A stretch of DNA of 64,000 bases from Lama glama (taxonomy: Eukaryota), in contig CM052816.1 of the NCBI GenBank assembly GCA_028534125.1, forward strand, positions 26,042,001 to 26,106,000. The letters are read 5' to 3'. The notes under the pieces were generated by a model. It did not search any database. It was not told where the DNA came from and saw only the letters and a list, made by a program, of their open reading frames with translations. The translations under genes and the position numbers were made by a program. This document shows, one piece after another, positions 13,223 through 24,879 of the stretch. Numbering within the stretch: the first letter of the stretch is position 1; the number at the start of each line of letters is the position of its first letter.

Positions 13223-13890
13223 AATACAGAACCCAGAATTTAGAACATGGAATTCAGAACACAGAATATAGGATATAGAATACAGAATATAGAATGTTGA
13301 ATATAGAATGTAGAACACGGAATTTAGAATATAGAATAGAGAATGCAGAACCCAGAATTTAGAACATGGAATTCAGAACACAGAATATAGAATATAGAAT
13401 ACAGAATATAGAATGTAGAACACAGAATATAGAATATAGAATACAGAATACAGAACCCAGAATTTAGAACATGGAATGCAGAACACAGAATATAGGATAT
13501 AGAATACAGAATGCAGAACCCAGAATTTAGAACATGGAATTCAGAACACAGAATATAGAATATAGAATACAGAATATAGAATGTAGAACACAGAATATAG
13601 AATATAGAATACAGAATACAGAATATAGAATGTAGAATACAGAATGTTGAACACAGAATATAGAATGCAGAATACAGAATGCAGAACCCAGAATTTAGAA
13701 CATGGAATTCAGAACACAGAATTTAGAATATAGAATACAGTATACAGAATATAGAATGTAGAATACAGAATGTAGAACACAGAATATAGAAAATAGAATT
13801 CAGAATACAGAACCCAGAATTTAGAACATGGAATTCAGAACACAGAATATAGAATATAGAATACAGAAAATAAATAAATAAATAAATAAA
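13223..13890 (+). repeat. Heptamer higher-order tandem array (92 x 7 bp) with (AAAT)n tail and TSD; candidate retroposed repeat
   Basis: Units ATATAGA/ATACAGA/ACACAGA/ATGTAGA etc. span 13224-13867 without indels; tail 13868-13890; flanks TAAAATTTCCTCCT (13209-13222) and TAAAATTTTCTCCT (13891-13904). Confidence 0.9.
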
Positions 13891-15869
13891 TAAAATTTTC
13901 TCCTTTTCAGTTTTTTTGGGAGAGTTTGAGGATAGGTATTAAATCTTGTAATGTTTATGGAATTTACCTGTGAAGCTGTCTGGTCCTGGATTTTTTTTGG
14001 GGGGGAGGGTAGTTTGATGACTGATTCAATCTCTTTAGTAGTTATTGGTCTGTTCAGATTTTCCATTTCTTCCTGATTCAGTCTTGGAAGATTATATGTT
14101 TCTAGGAATTTATCCATTTCTTCTGGGTTATCTAATCTGTTGGCATGTGTTAATAATAGTCTCTTATTATCCTTTGTATTTCTTTGATGTCAGTTGTAAC
14201 TTCTCTTTAATTTCTGATCTTATTTATTTGAGCGTGTGTCTAGATAAAGATTTGTCAATTATATTTATTTTTTCAAAGAACCAGCTCTTAGTTTCATTGA
14301 TCTTTTCTATTTCTTTTTATTCTCTGTTGCATTTATTTCCACTCTAATCTTTATTATTTTTTTCCTCCTACTAAATTGAAGCTTTTTTTTTTTTTTGCTT
14401 GTTTTTCTAGTTCCATTAGTTGTAAATTTAGATTGTTTATTTGGGACTTTTTCTATTTTTTGGGGTAGACTGTGTTGCTATAAACTTCCCTTTTACAACT
14501 GCTTTTCTGTATCCTATACAGTTTGGTATATTGTATTTCCATGTTCATTTATTTCAAGGTATGTTTTGATTTCTCTTTGATTTCTTTATTTATGCATTGG
14601 TTGTTCATTAATCTCCACATATTTGTAGTTTTTCTAAGTTTTTTCTAGTAATTGCTAGTTTCATACAATTGTGGTCAGAATAAATGCTTGATATAATTTC
14701 AGTTTTCTTAAATTTACTGAGACTTATTTGTGGCCTAGCATGTGATCTATCCTGGAGAAAGTTCCACGTGCACTTTGAAAGAATGTACATTCTGCTGTTT
14801 TTGGATGGAATGTCCTGTAGATACCTATTAAGTCTGTCTGTCTAATATGTTGTTGTAGGCCAATATTTCCTTACTGATTTTCTATCTAGGTGATCTATCT
14901 ATTGACACAAATGGGGTATTAAGTCCCCTATTATTTTGTATCATTATTATCTTCTCCTTTTAGGTCTGTTAATATTTGCTGTATATCTTTATGTGCTCCT
15001 ATGTTGGGTGCATATACACTACAAATGTTATGTCTTCTTGCAGGATTGACCCTTTGTCATTATGCAATGCCCATCTTTTTTCTTTTCTTACAGACTTTGT
15101 TTTAAAGTCTATTTTGTTTGATATAAGTATAGCCAGTCTAGCTTTCTTTAGGTTTCTATTGGCATGACACATCTTTCTCTGTCACTTTGCTTTCAGTCTG
15201 GCATGTCCTTACATCAGAAGTGAGTCTCTTAAGCAGCGTATAGAGGGATCTTATTTTTTTATCCTTTCAGTTACTCTGTCTTTTTATTGAAATATTTAGT
15301 CTATTATATTTAAAGTAATTATTGATAGTTATGTACTTATTGCTGTTTTGTCTGTAGTTTTCTGGCTGTTTTGTAGTTACTCTTTGTCCCTTTATTCTTA
15401 CCTTGCTTTCTTCCCTTATGTTTTGATGAGTTTTTATAATGTTAAATTTCAATTCCTTTTTTCTTGATTTTTGTGTATCTATAGTAGGTTCTTCCTTTCT
15501 GGCTACCGTGACATTCACATATAACAGCCTCTATACATAATAATCTAGTTTAAGTTGATAGCAAGTTGAGTTTGAACACATTTTACAACTTTACATTTTT
15601 GCTCTTCATCCCACATTTTATGTTTTTGATGTCACATTTTATATCTTTTTATTTTGTGTATCACTTAACTAAGTTATTGTAGTTTTAGATTTTTATTACT
15701 TTTGTCTTTTAACATTTATACTAGCTTTATAAGTGATTAATCTACTACCTTTACTAAGTATTTACCTTTACCAATGAGATTTTTTTTTTGTACTTTAATA
15801 TGTTTCCTTGTTACTAATTAGTGCCCTTTTCAGTTTAAAGAAATTCTTGTAACATTTCTTATAAGGCTG

Positions 15870-16735
15870 GTTTAGTGGTGATGACCTCCTTTAGCTGTTT
15901 GTCTGTCTAGAAATCTCTTTATTGCTCTTTCAATTCTGAATGATAACCTTTCAGGGTAGAGTATTCTTGGTTGAAAGTTCTTTTCCTTTTAGCACTTCAA
16001 ATATATCATGCCACTCCCATCTGGCTGGCAAAGTTTCTGTTGATAAATTTGCTAACGGTATTCTGGGAGTTACCTTGTATGGAGCAAGTTGTTTTTTCTT
16101 CTACTTTTAAAATTCTCTCTTTAACTTCTGACATTTTAATTATAATGTGTCTTGGTATGAGTCTCTTTGGATTCATATTGTTAGGAACTCTCTGGGCCTC
16201 CTGGATTTGGATGTCTGCTTTCTTCACGAGGTTAAGAAAGTTTTCAGCCCTTATTCCTTCAAATAAGTTTCCTGCCCCTTTCTCTTTCTCTTCTCTGTCT
16301 GAGATCCCTATAATGCAAATGTTATTCTACTTGATGTTGTCTCATAGGTCCTGTAAGCTATTTTCACTTAAAAAGTTTTTTTTTTTTTCTGTTTGTTACT
16401 CTTTTGGGGTGAGTTCCATTACCTTGTCCTCTAGATCACTGATTTTTCTTTGCTCCATCTAGTCTGCTGTCAAACCCCTGTGTATATTTTTCAGTTCATT
16501 TATTTTATTCTTGGGCTCTATGACTTCTATTTGGTACTTTCTTATATTTTCTATCTCTTTGTTGAAGTTCTTGATGAATTCACCCATTCTTCTCCCAAGT
16601 TCAATGAGCATCTTTATGATTGTTACTTTTAAATATTTATCATGTAAATTACTTATCTCTGTTTCATTAAGGTATTTGAGGTGGGGGGGCTTTATCTTGT
16701 TCTTTCATTTAGGACATACTCCTCTGTGTCCTCAT
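15870..16735 (-). pseudogene. L1 ORF1 remnant
   Basis: Minus strand ATGAGGACACAGAGGAGTATGTCC...ATGAAAGAACAAGATAAA (MRxQRxMS.MKEQDK) near 16735, plus the ORF 16006-16227 peptide; boundaries approximate. Confidence 0.8.
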
Positions 16736-18280
16736 TTTGCTTATCTCCCTATGTTTGTTTCTATGTTTCAGGCAGAACAGCTGTATCTCCCAGTCTTAAA
16801 GGAGTGGCCCTGTGTGGAGGATGCACTTTATCTAACCTTGCCCTAGGTCTGGGTTGTCACTTCAACCTTTGTGATTGTTTAAACAGACTGAATTATTCTT
16901 GATAGGTCCTAGTTGTTGAAGTGTGCCAAGACCCATTAATGTTCCAGAGGAGGGATCTTGGCACCTAGTTTGAGACTGGTAAGAACCTAGACCCTCAGGC
17001 AGCAGCTATTAAGGTATGAAAATATATACTGTCCCATGGGACTATAACTGTAAAGCCTGCTGGTCTCTAACCAGGCAATCTGGAGGTGTTCTTTGGGCAA
17101 CAGTTGCAAAAATTGGGGCTCCAATTGAGTGTGTGAGCTTCTTTCTGTGAGGTACTGGTGAAACCAAAGGAGACCACAGAGATGGTATCCCCCAGCCTAC
17201 CATCCCTAAGATCACTTCTGTAGCATCTAGATGTGTGGCAAACCTGAAGTGCGTCCCTCAGGCTGAAGCTACAGGGCAAGTAAACAGGCCTTTTTCACAG
17301 GGAGACTGGGAGTGTTTTAGTCTGCATCTGTGCAGTACCCTGAGAGTGGTAAGAACTACCCCTCTGATTTTTTTCAGACCTGTGGAGTCCAGAAACACAA
17401 TCTCCCCTGGCCATCTAAGCCAGACACTTAAGGAGTGTCCCCTGTTTAGTCTGCGTGTACTTGCCACCTTTGGCAGGGCTGTGGGGGTGGCACGGTGCAG
17501 GGCATGCCCACTGGCACTAGCAGATTAGACAGTACAAAAATGGCACCCACCATCACTGGTGCTAGCAAGGTAGATGGAGAATGCAAAAATGGTGGCTGCT
17601 AGTGTCTCCATTCCTGGAGGGCATCCCTAGAGGTTCCTGCCCTCCCTGTAGATACTTTAAGATTGGCAAACAAGTCTCCTTCACATAATGGTCTGCGTGC
17701 ATTTTAAATTGCTGCTAGGTCCTGGAATTCGTGAATCCGTGAGCAAGCCCTCTAAGAGTAGAATCTCCATTCCCTACAGCCCTATAGTTCTCCTGGATGT
17801 AACCCTTTTGGTTTCAAAGCCACACTTTTGGGGGCTCATCTCTCTGGTATACATCCCAAGGGTTGAGGTCCCTCATGTTGGGCATAGACCCCTTGCTCCC
17901 CAGGGAGAAGCTTTGTATTTGTAAGATCTTTCCTGATTTTGAGTTGCTATGCTAGGTGTGGGAATTTGGGGCAAGACTGCATCTCTGTCTCTCCTACCCA
18001 TCTTAATGTGGCTCTCTTACCCTTTGTCGTGGAGGAGCTATTCAGCTAGTTTGCAGGTCTCTTTTAGAGGGAATTGAACAATACGTAGCTGCAGATTTCT
18101 TGCCTGAGTGGGAGGAGGTGAGTTCAGGATCTTCCTATGCTGCCATCTTGAACTGCCTCCAAGGTCTGATGTTTAGAAAAGTAAGCCAGTTAGCTAAATT
18201 ATGAATCAAAATGTTTGACATTTCTCCTGGGGAATTAAAAATGTTTTCTTTTTGTTCCTTCAAAATTTACCCGCATGTCA

Positions 18281-18403
18281 CCAGAATATAAACTTTGTAC
18301 AAGGGTATGCATCTTGGTATTTTGTTCATTGCTGTATCTCCAGCTTCTAGAACAGTATGAGCACCAAGTAAACACCCAACAAATATTTATTGAATGAGTG
18401 AAT
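18281..18403 (+). mobile_element. LINE2 3' end
   Basis: TTTTGTTCATTGCTGTATCTCCAGCTTCTAGAACAGT...AAATATTTATTGAATGAGTGAAT. Confidence 0.8.
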
Positions 18404-19436
18404 TACTAGTTTACAAAACTTGTATTTGCATTGACTTCTCAGAAAAGAGCAACTCATGACATATCATTACCAAAACTGAAACCACAGATATGCTTCACTC
18501 TAGGCTTACCTCATCACAGGGGTGTTAAGCATCCTAGTGTCTCACAATGTGCATCTTCCCTGCATCCTTTGTAACTTCAGACTTCTGCTAGTAGATGCAT
18601 ATTCGAAGAGCAGTAAATTTGGTTTTGACAAAAGTAGACCTTCAGCTCTTGAAGGGCATCCAACAGTGAGCTTACCTACCACTGGGGAGCCTAGCACTTC
18701 TTATCTAGTCTAGGTTGTGATCTACATTTCTATTAATAGATCATTTCTGGCAGCCTGGGATGAACTGGGGTCAAAGTCTATCGGAAAGAATAAGATGGTT
18801 ACTGGCTCTTTCTGAGCAAGATCTCTTAGTCAGTTTGGTTTCTGACCTGGTTAACTCTGACTGACCTCCTTCCCACTGATCTGGAGTACCGTGTGCCCTC
18901 AAAAAGAATAGCATCTGATAGGAGCCAAGCATGAAACTGGCTTGGGAAGACCTTCCTTGAAGAAGAATGGAAAGGGATATGGGGAGCAGTGGCCCACGCA
19001 TTCACAAAACAGGACATCATCCTTAATGCCATAACTTGTCCAGAAGCTCTGATATTCTAAAATGTTTTATGCTTGGCTTGGAAAATTCATCTCTCCCTTC
19101 CATGTCTATCCTTGGATGTGGTATTCCATGTCCACTACTTCCCAGAAAAGAAAGTGGTCCAAAGACATAGAAAAAAGTAAACTCTAAAAATAGTGAAAAG
19201 ACATCCTTCATGTCCTTTGGACATTCTTCAGTTTTCCCATAGGAAAATCTGGGGAAAGCCCAAATTTTCCAAGTAGGGGATATCAAAAGTAAATAATTTT
19301 CTAGTACTGTAATTGTACGCCAGATGACTATTGAAAAAGCAAATAATGAGAGATGGAAACGTGTATGTAAAATGTGCTAGGCAAAAAAAGGTAAAACAAT
19401 CTAATACGAAGACATAAGTTAGAATTCTCTTTCTCT

Positions 19437-19440
<4 letters not shown>

Positions 19441-19468
<28 letters not shown>
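19441..19468. repeat. (GT)14 microsatellite
   Basis: Directly visible. Confidence 0.95.
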
Positions 19469-19471
<3 letters not shown>

Positions 19472-20609
19472 AATGAATATTATATACATACGAAGGTAAA
19501 TGACATTAATAAAAATCCCAGAAGTAAATTTTTATGGAAGTGGGAAGGTCAACAACATTATTTCCCAGGAGCATCACCAATGTTCTCATGACAGGTTTGA
19601 GCAGTAGGTATCAGCATCGCCATCTTTACATAGAGATACTGACCTTCAGAGAGGTTAAATCTCATCCATCCAAGGAAAAACTGGGAGGAAGAAACAAAGT
19701 AGATATTCCAATGCAGATTTGTTTGAAGCCAAAACCAAACCAAATTCTCTCCATTACAACAAAGAATTTAATTTTCATTTGGTTGTTCTTTTCTGTAAAA
19801 TTGCATAAAATTTGCAGTTTCAAAAATGGAGCTTAATAGAATTATTTCAAATATTAGTGAATCATAGGTTAGCATTTGTGTTACACTGATACACTTGAAG
19901 CAAATGAAAAGTGATGCTTATAATTTCTAGCTGGGAGAAAAAGAAGGAGGTTAGCTGATATGGAAGATAAAAACTCTCTCAGGCAGTTGGAATTTAGTTT
20001 TTCTCTTCAGTATTAGGAACACAAGGGAGTGAAGTGAAAATCCATTTTCTGGTGTTCTTTGGGGTTTAGGGCACAGATGCAACTTTGAGTAGAATAATAC
20101 TATCAATTTAGATATTGTTGGTAACTTGGTGAAAAAGTTTGTTATCTTTTAATCTCTAATTCTAAATGTTAGAGCTATCCAATTTATAAAATTAAAGTCT
20201 ATATACAGTTAATATAAAGTTACAAGTCTATATATCCATAAATATCCATTTCCTGTGAGTTTCCCATTCATCCCTCCTGTCCTCCATGTCACTGTCCACT
20301 AGTAAAAGAAAAGGATTTTTTTAATGTCTTGACTTAAAATTTTTTCTTTATAATGAGAGCATCTTTGGTCATGAAAATCCTCTTTTCACCTATGTGATGT
20401 ATCTAGTCATTTCACACATTACTGACATGCAGAAAACAATTTTATTTTCTGAGCAATATATCAAGATAATCGCACTGTTCTGCATGTCCCAGAGAACCAT
20501 AATTATTTATGTATATTCTGTGACAATGATGTTGCTTCTAAGGTGTATCTTGGGGCTACTCTATACCTAGTTGGCTTGATAGACCACTTGGGTGGAAGGC
20601 TGGGTGGGC

Positions 20610-21415
20610 TATTGAGAAAAGCTTGGGCATAGAGAGTCAGCTGTCAGTTTGGGTCCTGGCTTTGCCCCAGTCAGTCAGATGCTGTGTAAGTTACCTCATT
20701 TTTTAGAACCTCATTTTCCTTGGGTATAAAATGGGGATAACATCTGCCTTTCGAGGATTAGAAGGGTGTAACCTGTGTGAAGGATCTGGGATAATAAATT
20801 CTACCTACTATTTACAAGTAATACTAGTAGAGGCTAATGCAGTGGTTCTCAAAGTGTGGTCCCCAGACCATCAGCATCAATATTACATGTGAAAAGGCAA
20901 ATTCTTGGACCCCAACCCCAACTTGCTGAGTCAGGAACGCTGGGATAGGGCTCAGTAATCCATGTTTTAACAAGCTGTCCAGGTGATTTTGAAGCTTGCT
21001 CAAGTTTGTGAACCAGTGGGCAGAGTGGTCAAGTGTGGAGACCTCATCTGGAAAATGGGGTTAAAAATTATATCTACCTCATAGGGTAGTTGTAAAGAGC
21101 TTATGACAGTGTTTGGCACTAAAGAGATACTCGATAAATATTATTATTACATCCAAGGGACAGAGAGTTTATATGCTGGAAAGAATAACGGAGTCAAATA
21201 TTCTTAGGTGGGCAAAAAATCATAGCTGTTAGGTGCATGGGTTTGAGACTGAGACAACTCAAATCTCGGCTCTGCCACATAGAAGCCACTGATGTTGGGA
21301 AAGTCTCCATACCTCTTAGTGTCCTTATCTGTAAAGTGAGAAGAATAATAGTATCTGCCTCAACTAAAGGTGATGGCACGTGCTCAGTAGGGTGTCTTGC
21401 ATAAAAATGTTAGTT
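20610..21415 (+). mobile_element. Cluster of MIR fragments around a MER5A
   Basis: Repeated MIR core text (CCTCATTTTCCTTGGGTATAAAATGGGGATAA; CTCATCTGGAAAATGGGG...CTACCTCATAGGGT; CTTATCTGTAAAGTGAGAAGAATAATAGTATCTGCCTC). Confidence 0.7.
20840..21018. mobile_element. MER5A
   Basis: CAGTGGTTCTCAAAGTGTGGTCCCCAGACC ... TCAAGTTTGTGAACCAGTG terminal inverted repeats. Confidence 0.9.
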
Positions 21416-21477
21416 TTTAAGAGTTAATCTTTAAATAGAAATCATAGGTTTGAATGACAAATGCTCACTCAATGACT

Positions 21478-21566
21478 TTTTTTTTTTTAATGGAGTTACT
21501 GGGGATTAAACCCAGGACATCATGCAGCTAAGCATGTGCTCTACCCCTGAACTATTTCCCTCCCCC
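21478..21566 (-). mobile_element. tRNA-derived camelid-type SINE (Vic-1-like)
   Basis: Poly-T, ATGGAGTTACTGGGGATTAAACCCAGGAC...CTAAGCATGTGCTCTACCCCTGAACTAT; flanking TGACTTTT repeat. Confidence 0.85.
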
Positions 21567-21842
21567 TGACAGTGACTTTTATGTCTTAAAATTGTTGTGG
21601 TTAATTATCCTATCATGGATTCTTGCTTACTTTTGAAGCTTCAATGTATTTCCATACCATTTTTTTTTTAAAGCTTTAGGAGCACAAAAAAGGTCCCATG
21701 ACTTTCTGTGAGATTCATCTGGGCATTTAATTTGATGGTTCACTTAAAAAACAATACCAGTGTCTCTGACTGTTCCTCAGAAATGGGTGTAACCGGCTGC
21801 TCCCATCTTCCACAAGAGAGTTACTCTCTCTGCCTATTTCCT

Positions 21843-22058
21843 TTTTTTTCTACTATTTTTTTTGATTCCCGTGGAATTTATTTTATTTATTTATTTTAAC
21901 TGAAGTACAGTCAAATTTCTGTTGTACAGCACAATGTCCCAGCCATGCATATACATACATATATTCGTTTTCGTATTTTTTATTAAAGGTTATTACAAGA
22001 TATTGAACATAGTTCCCTGTGCTATACAGAAGAAACTTTTTTTAAAATCTATTTCTAT
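21843..22058 (-). mobile_element. Short L1 3' end
   Basis: AACTGAAGTACAGTC...GGTTATTACAAGATATTGAACATAGTTCCCTGTGCTATACAG; imperfect TSD TCTCTGCC(TA/CG)TTTCCT. Confidence 0.8.
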
Positions 22059-24316
22059 GTCTCTGCCCGTTTTATAGTCTCTGCCCGTTTCCTGATGAAG
22101 TCAGGGTAACACTAATACGGTTATATTTTGTGCAATGCCATACCCACTTTCACACTCTTAGATGAAGCTTTGTTCTTCTTGAAGGACAAGATCCCTTAGA
22201 CAGGCTGGAAAACTGTTCACAGAAGGCTCTGAACAGAGGATGTGCGTGCTTAATAAACCTGCTTTTGCTGGTCTCCATTACCTTCTTTCAGAAGGTGTAA
22301 AGCTGTATACCCGGGATTCTTTTCCATGGCAGACACTTGGCTCTAAGCCTCTTTTGTTTCCACCCAGATGCCAGCTTCTAGTTAACTATTCTTTTTTTTT
22401 TTCCTCTCTAAGCTACCAACCATCTGGAGGAAAACTGATTGAGGCTGGGGTCATTTTTGTACCTTTTAAAGTTGCCATGTAGGTAAAAGGATTTGTCAAA
22501 TGCATGAAAGACGCTTCTCAGATCTCAGAGGCACATCAGACTGGCAAAGGGCTCCTTCTGGAAGAAGCCCAGTCAAGCAGAGGTAGCAACAGAGGCAAAG
22601 AGGGGCATGCTAAAGCTACAGAATGGGTTCAGAAGTATAGATCTGCCCAATTACGATTCAAACCAAAACAAATGAGAGACTGCAGTCAGTTAAGGCACCC
22701 TTGGCCCAGCGTCTGGGCTTTGCATGCACGCATGCATAATTAAGCTTCAGACAGCTGCAGCTTCGCCAGCGCAACAGGGCAGGCAGGATATCATAATACC
22801 CAGTAGGTTGCATATCAATGGAACTCTTTAAATTCACATGAAACCTAAGATAAAAAGACGTCAGCAAAAATTAAACAGCCTCCAAATTGTCAGTGAATAG
22901 TGATACAGGCAACCAGGAAAACAATGGAAACAGACCTGGTTCTTCCTCCGCCCCCCCACCCCCACCCCCACCCCCTTGCTCTGGTTCCTCCCCACAAATA
23001 GTTGAGAGCAGCAGAGCTGACTTGGTTTTAAAATACACACACTCCTTAGATCAAAGGGATCAATGCACATTGAAGCAACTTTGAAGGCATCACAGGAAAT
23101 GGTCTACTTTATTTTGAAAGACAACAGAGAAAATCACACACATGCATTGGGGCCTTGTGATATGCAGATGGTAAGCTTTCAGGAGAATTAAATATTCATA
23201 GGAGATAGAAATGTCTCCCATTATATTTTTAATGTATATGCGGCTTTGGGCTCAATGCCCTGTGTGTTCACATGATAGACAGACCCTGTTCTCTGTACCC
23301 TCTGCGTTCACTGAGCACAAGGATGGCTCAGATGGCATTTTGTGATTTCACCGCTATCCAAACTGGCAGGCCTTCTGCAGCTGGGCTGCTGCATGGTAGC
23401 CAGTGACATCACTCAGAGAGCTTTGCCATCACCCAGACTTTTATTTCCTTGAATGGAGTTGATGGCCAGAAACCCTCAGCTGGGTTTTGTTTCCTCATTG
23501 CCACAGCCTTCATAAAATCTGCAGCAGCAGGGCCCCAGGAAGTCTTTCAGGCCTCCAACAGGTAGACGGAGGTCTCGGGGGTGCCTGGGTGCACAGTTCA
23601 GTCCTGTCTGCTTCTCTTACTGATCCAGGTGCAGTATTACAATCTTCCCACTTTGTTGTTGTTTTGTTGCATACCTTAGTTTGACAGGGAATCAAAGAGT
23701 TGTCTCAGAGACTTTTAATCGGATTAGCCACACCCTATTACAGGTAATAACAGGTAACGGTAGAGATGCTACAGGGCAAGGAGACATTGTGGAGACAGCT
23801 GGCTTTGTGGTCTCTGGAACCCCACACCTGCCTCCCCATATTTCTCCCTACAAACTCCTGCCTTCCCACCCCATATGCCAACTCACAGGGAAAACGCAAT
23901 TCACAGAGGTGCTTTTGTTTGAGAAGAAAGATGAAAAAGATGGATTTGCTCTTCTTAGGCTGCTGAAATAAAGAATTTATTAGTCATAGATCAGTGAAAT
24001 GAATGAGAGTGACATCTGCTTACAGGAAGGCATTAAGAAGGTGTGGAAAATAAATATTCCTCTGGATTTCCAGTTGATTCTGAATTTACTTCATTATCAT
24101 CCTATTAGGAAACTGACTTTACTTTCTCCATTAGAGCCATTTACTCTTAGACCATGTTTTTATGTTGCCTTTGCTTCTCCGTGCATTCTTTTCCCATACT
24201 TTAATACTGTCCCCTCTAGAGAAGATGAGCAATTAAAGAATAAGGCAGAATATCTGTTGCCTTTGGTTGGCACTCAGGTCATTGGATTTGCCATTATTGA
24301 TCACTTCTGATGGTAC

Positions 24317-24879
24317 TGTTAACAGATAGAGAGATTGCCGAATGAGAAAGCCCACCAGAAGTGTGGATCTTTGCCTGCTGATTGAGAAAGAATTCTCAGC
24401 AGAGGCAGAGGGACGAAGTAAAAGGCTGCTTTATTAGACAAAAGAGGAAAAGGAAAGAAAGCACTTGAGTGAGGAGCTGTCAACCAGGACAACCAGTCGA
24501 GACAGCTCCAGCTCCAGGTCCGGCCACGTGGGCTTTTCCTGGAGGACTCTGCCATCATGTCCTGGTTCTGGGTGTGCTGGAGCCAGCCACTGTTTCCCGA
24601 GACTTTGTGTGGGCTTTTCTGGCTGTTGTTGTGGCAATCATCAACTGTCATGGTGCTGGTGGGTGTGTCATTTAGCATGCTAACATATTACAATGAGCAT
24701 ATAATGAGGCTCAAGGTCCACCAGAATTCAAATCCTCCACCATCTTAGGCCTAGTTGTTGTTAACTAGTTCTTGTTTTTTCCTCTTTACAGCTTCCTCCT
24801 GAGACTTAGACAAGAATAATTGGTTTCTGTTCCAGGGAGGGGCAGAGGTATGATCCTGGTGGCAACAACCTTCATAACA
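24317..24879 (-). mobile_element. ERV1 (MER4-group-like) solo LTR
   Basis: TG...CA termini; AACTGTCATGGTGCTGGTGGGTGTGTCATTTAGCATGCTAAC...GCTCAAGGTCCAC shared with the LTR at 40116-40714. Confidence 0.75.

Larger units (their letters stand above)
11500..15347 (-). pseudogene. L1 ORF2 (EN/RT) remnant, disrupted
   Basis: Start region translates like (M)AISTxLSIITLNxNRLN near 15345; fragments 13900-14117 and 12233-12427 are ORF2-like; many stops and frameshifts; boundaries approximate. Confidence 0.85.
10970..18160 (-). mobile_element. Near full-length, decayed L1 (L1MA9/artiodactyl-like) with two nested insertions and an internal deletion
   Basis: Poly-T at 10971-10979; 5' end GGAGGCAGTTCAAGATGGCAGC on minus at 18160; TSD AAGGTCTGA at 10961-10969 and 18161-18169; ORF2 peptides MDLTPKAIARKAKINK and [20 protein letters not shown]1 peptide DIQIQEAQRVPNNMNPKRLIPRHIIIKM. 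Confidence 0.95.

Noticed and set aside
13224..13867. CRISPR-like look (35-bp conserved block with variable-length intervals)
   Set aside because: The intervals are made of the same heptamer family rather than unique spacers; there are no cas genes and the context is mammalian.
13224..13867. Heat-shock elements or steroid-receptor elements (many GAA and AGAACA)
   Set aside because: GAA units are direct repeats at 7-bp spacing, not alternating inverted nGAAn; AGAACA half-sites lack IR3/DR3 geometry.
15971..16846. Hydrophobic + strand ORFs (163 aa, 111 aa)
   Set aside because: Antisense readings of A-rich L1 ORF1; same for 11662-12030, 14045-14347 and 50321-50689 in L1 or LTR sequence.
22887..23084. 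Proline-rich ORF (APPPPPPPP)
   Set aside because: Derived from a C-rich simple repeat; TTG start; no supporting gene structure.
23121..23171. Possible 51-nt exon (TTTTGAAAG| ... ATG|GTAAGC)
   Set aside because: Weak acceptor and unrecognised peptide; too likely to be chance.
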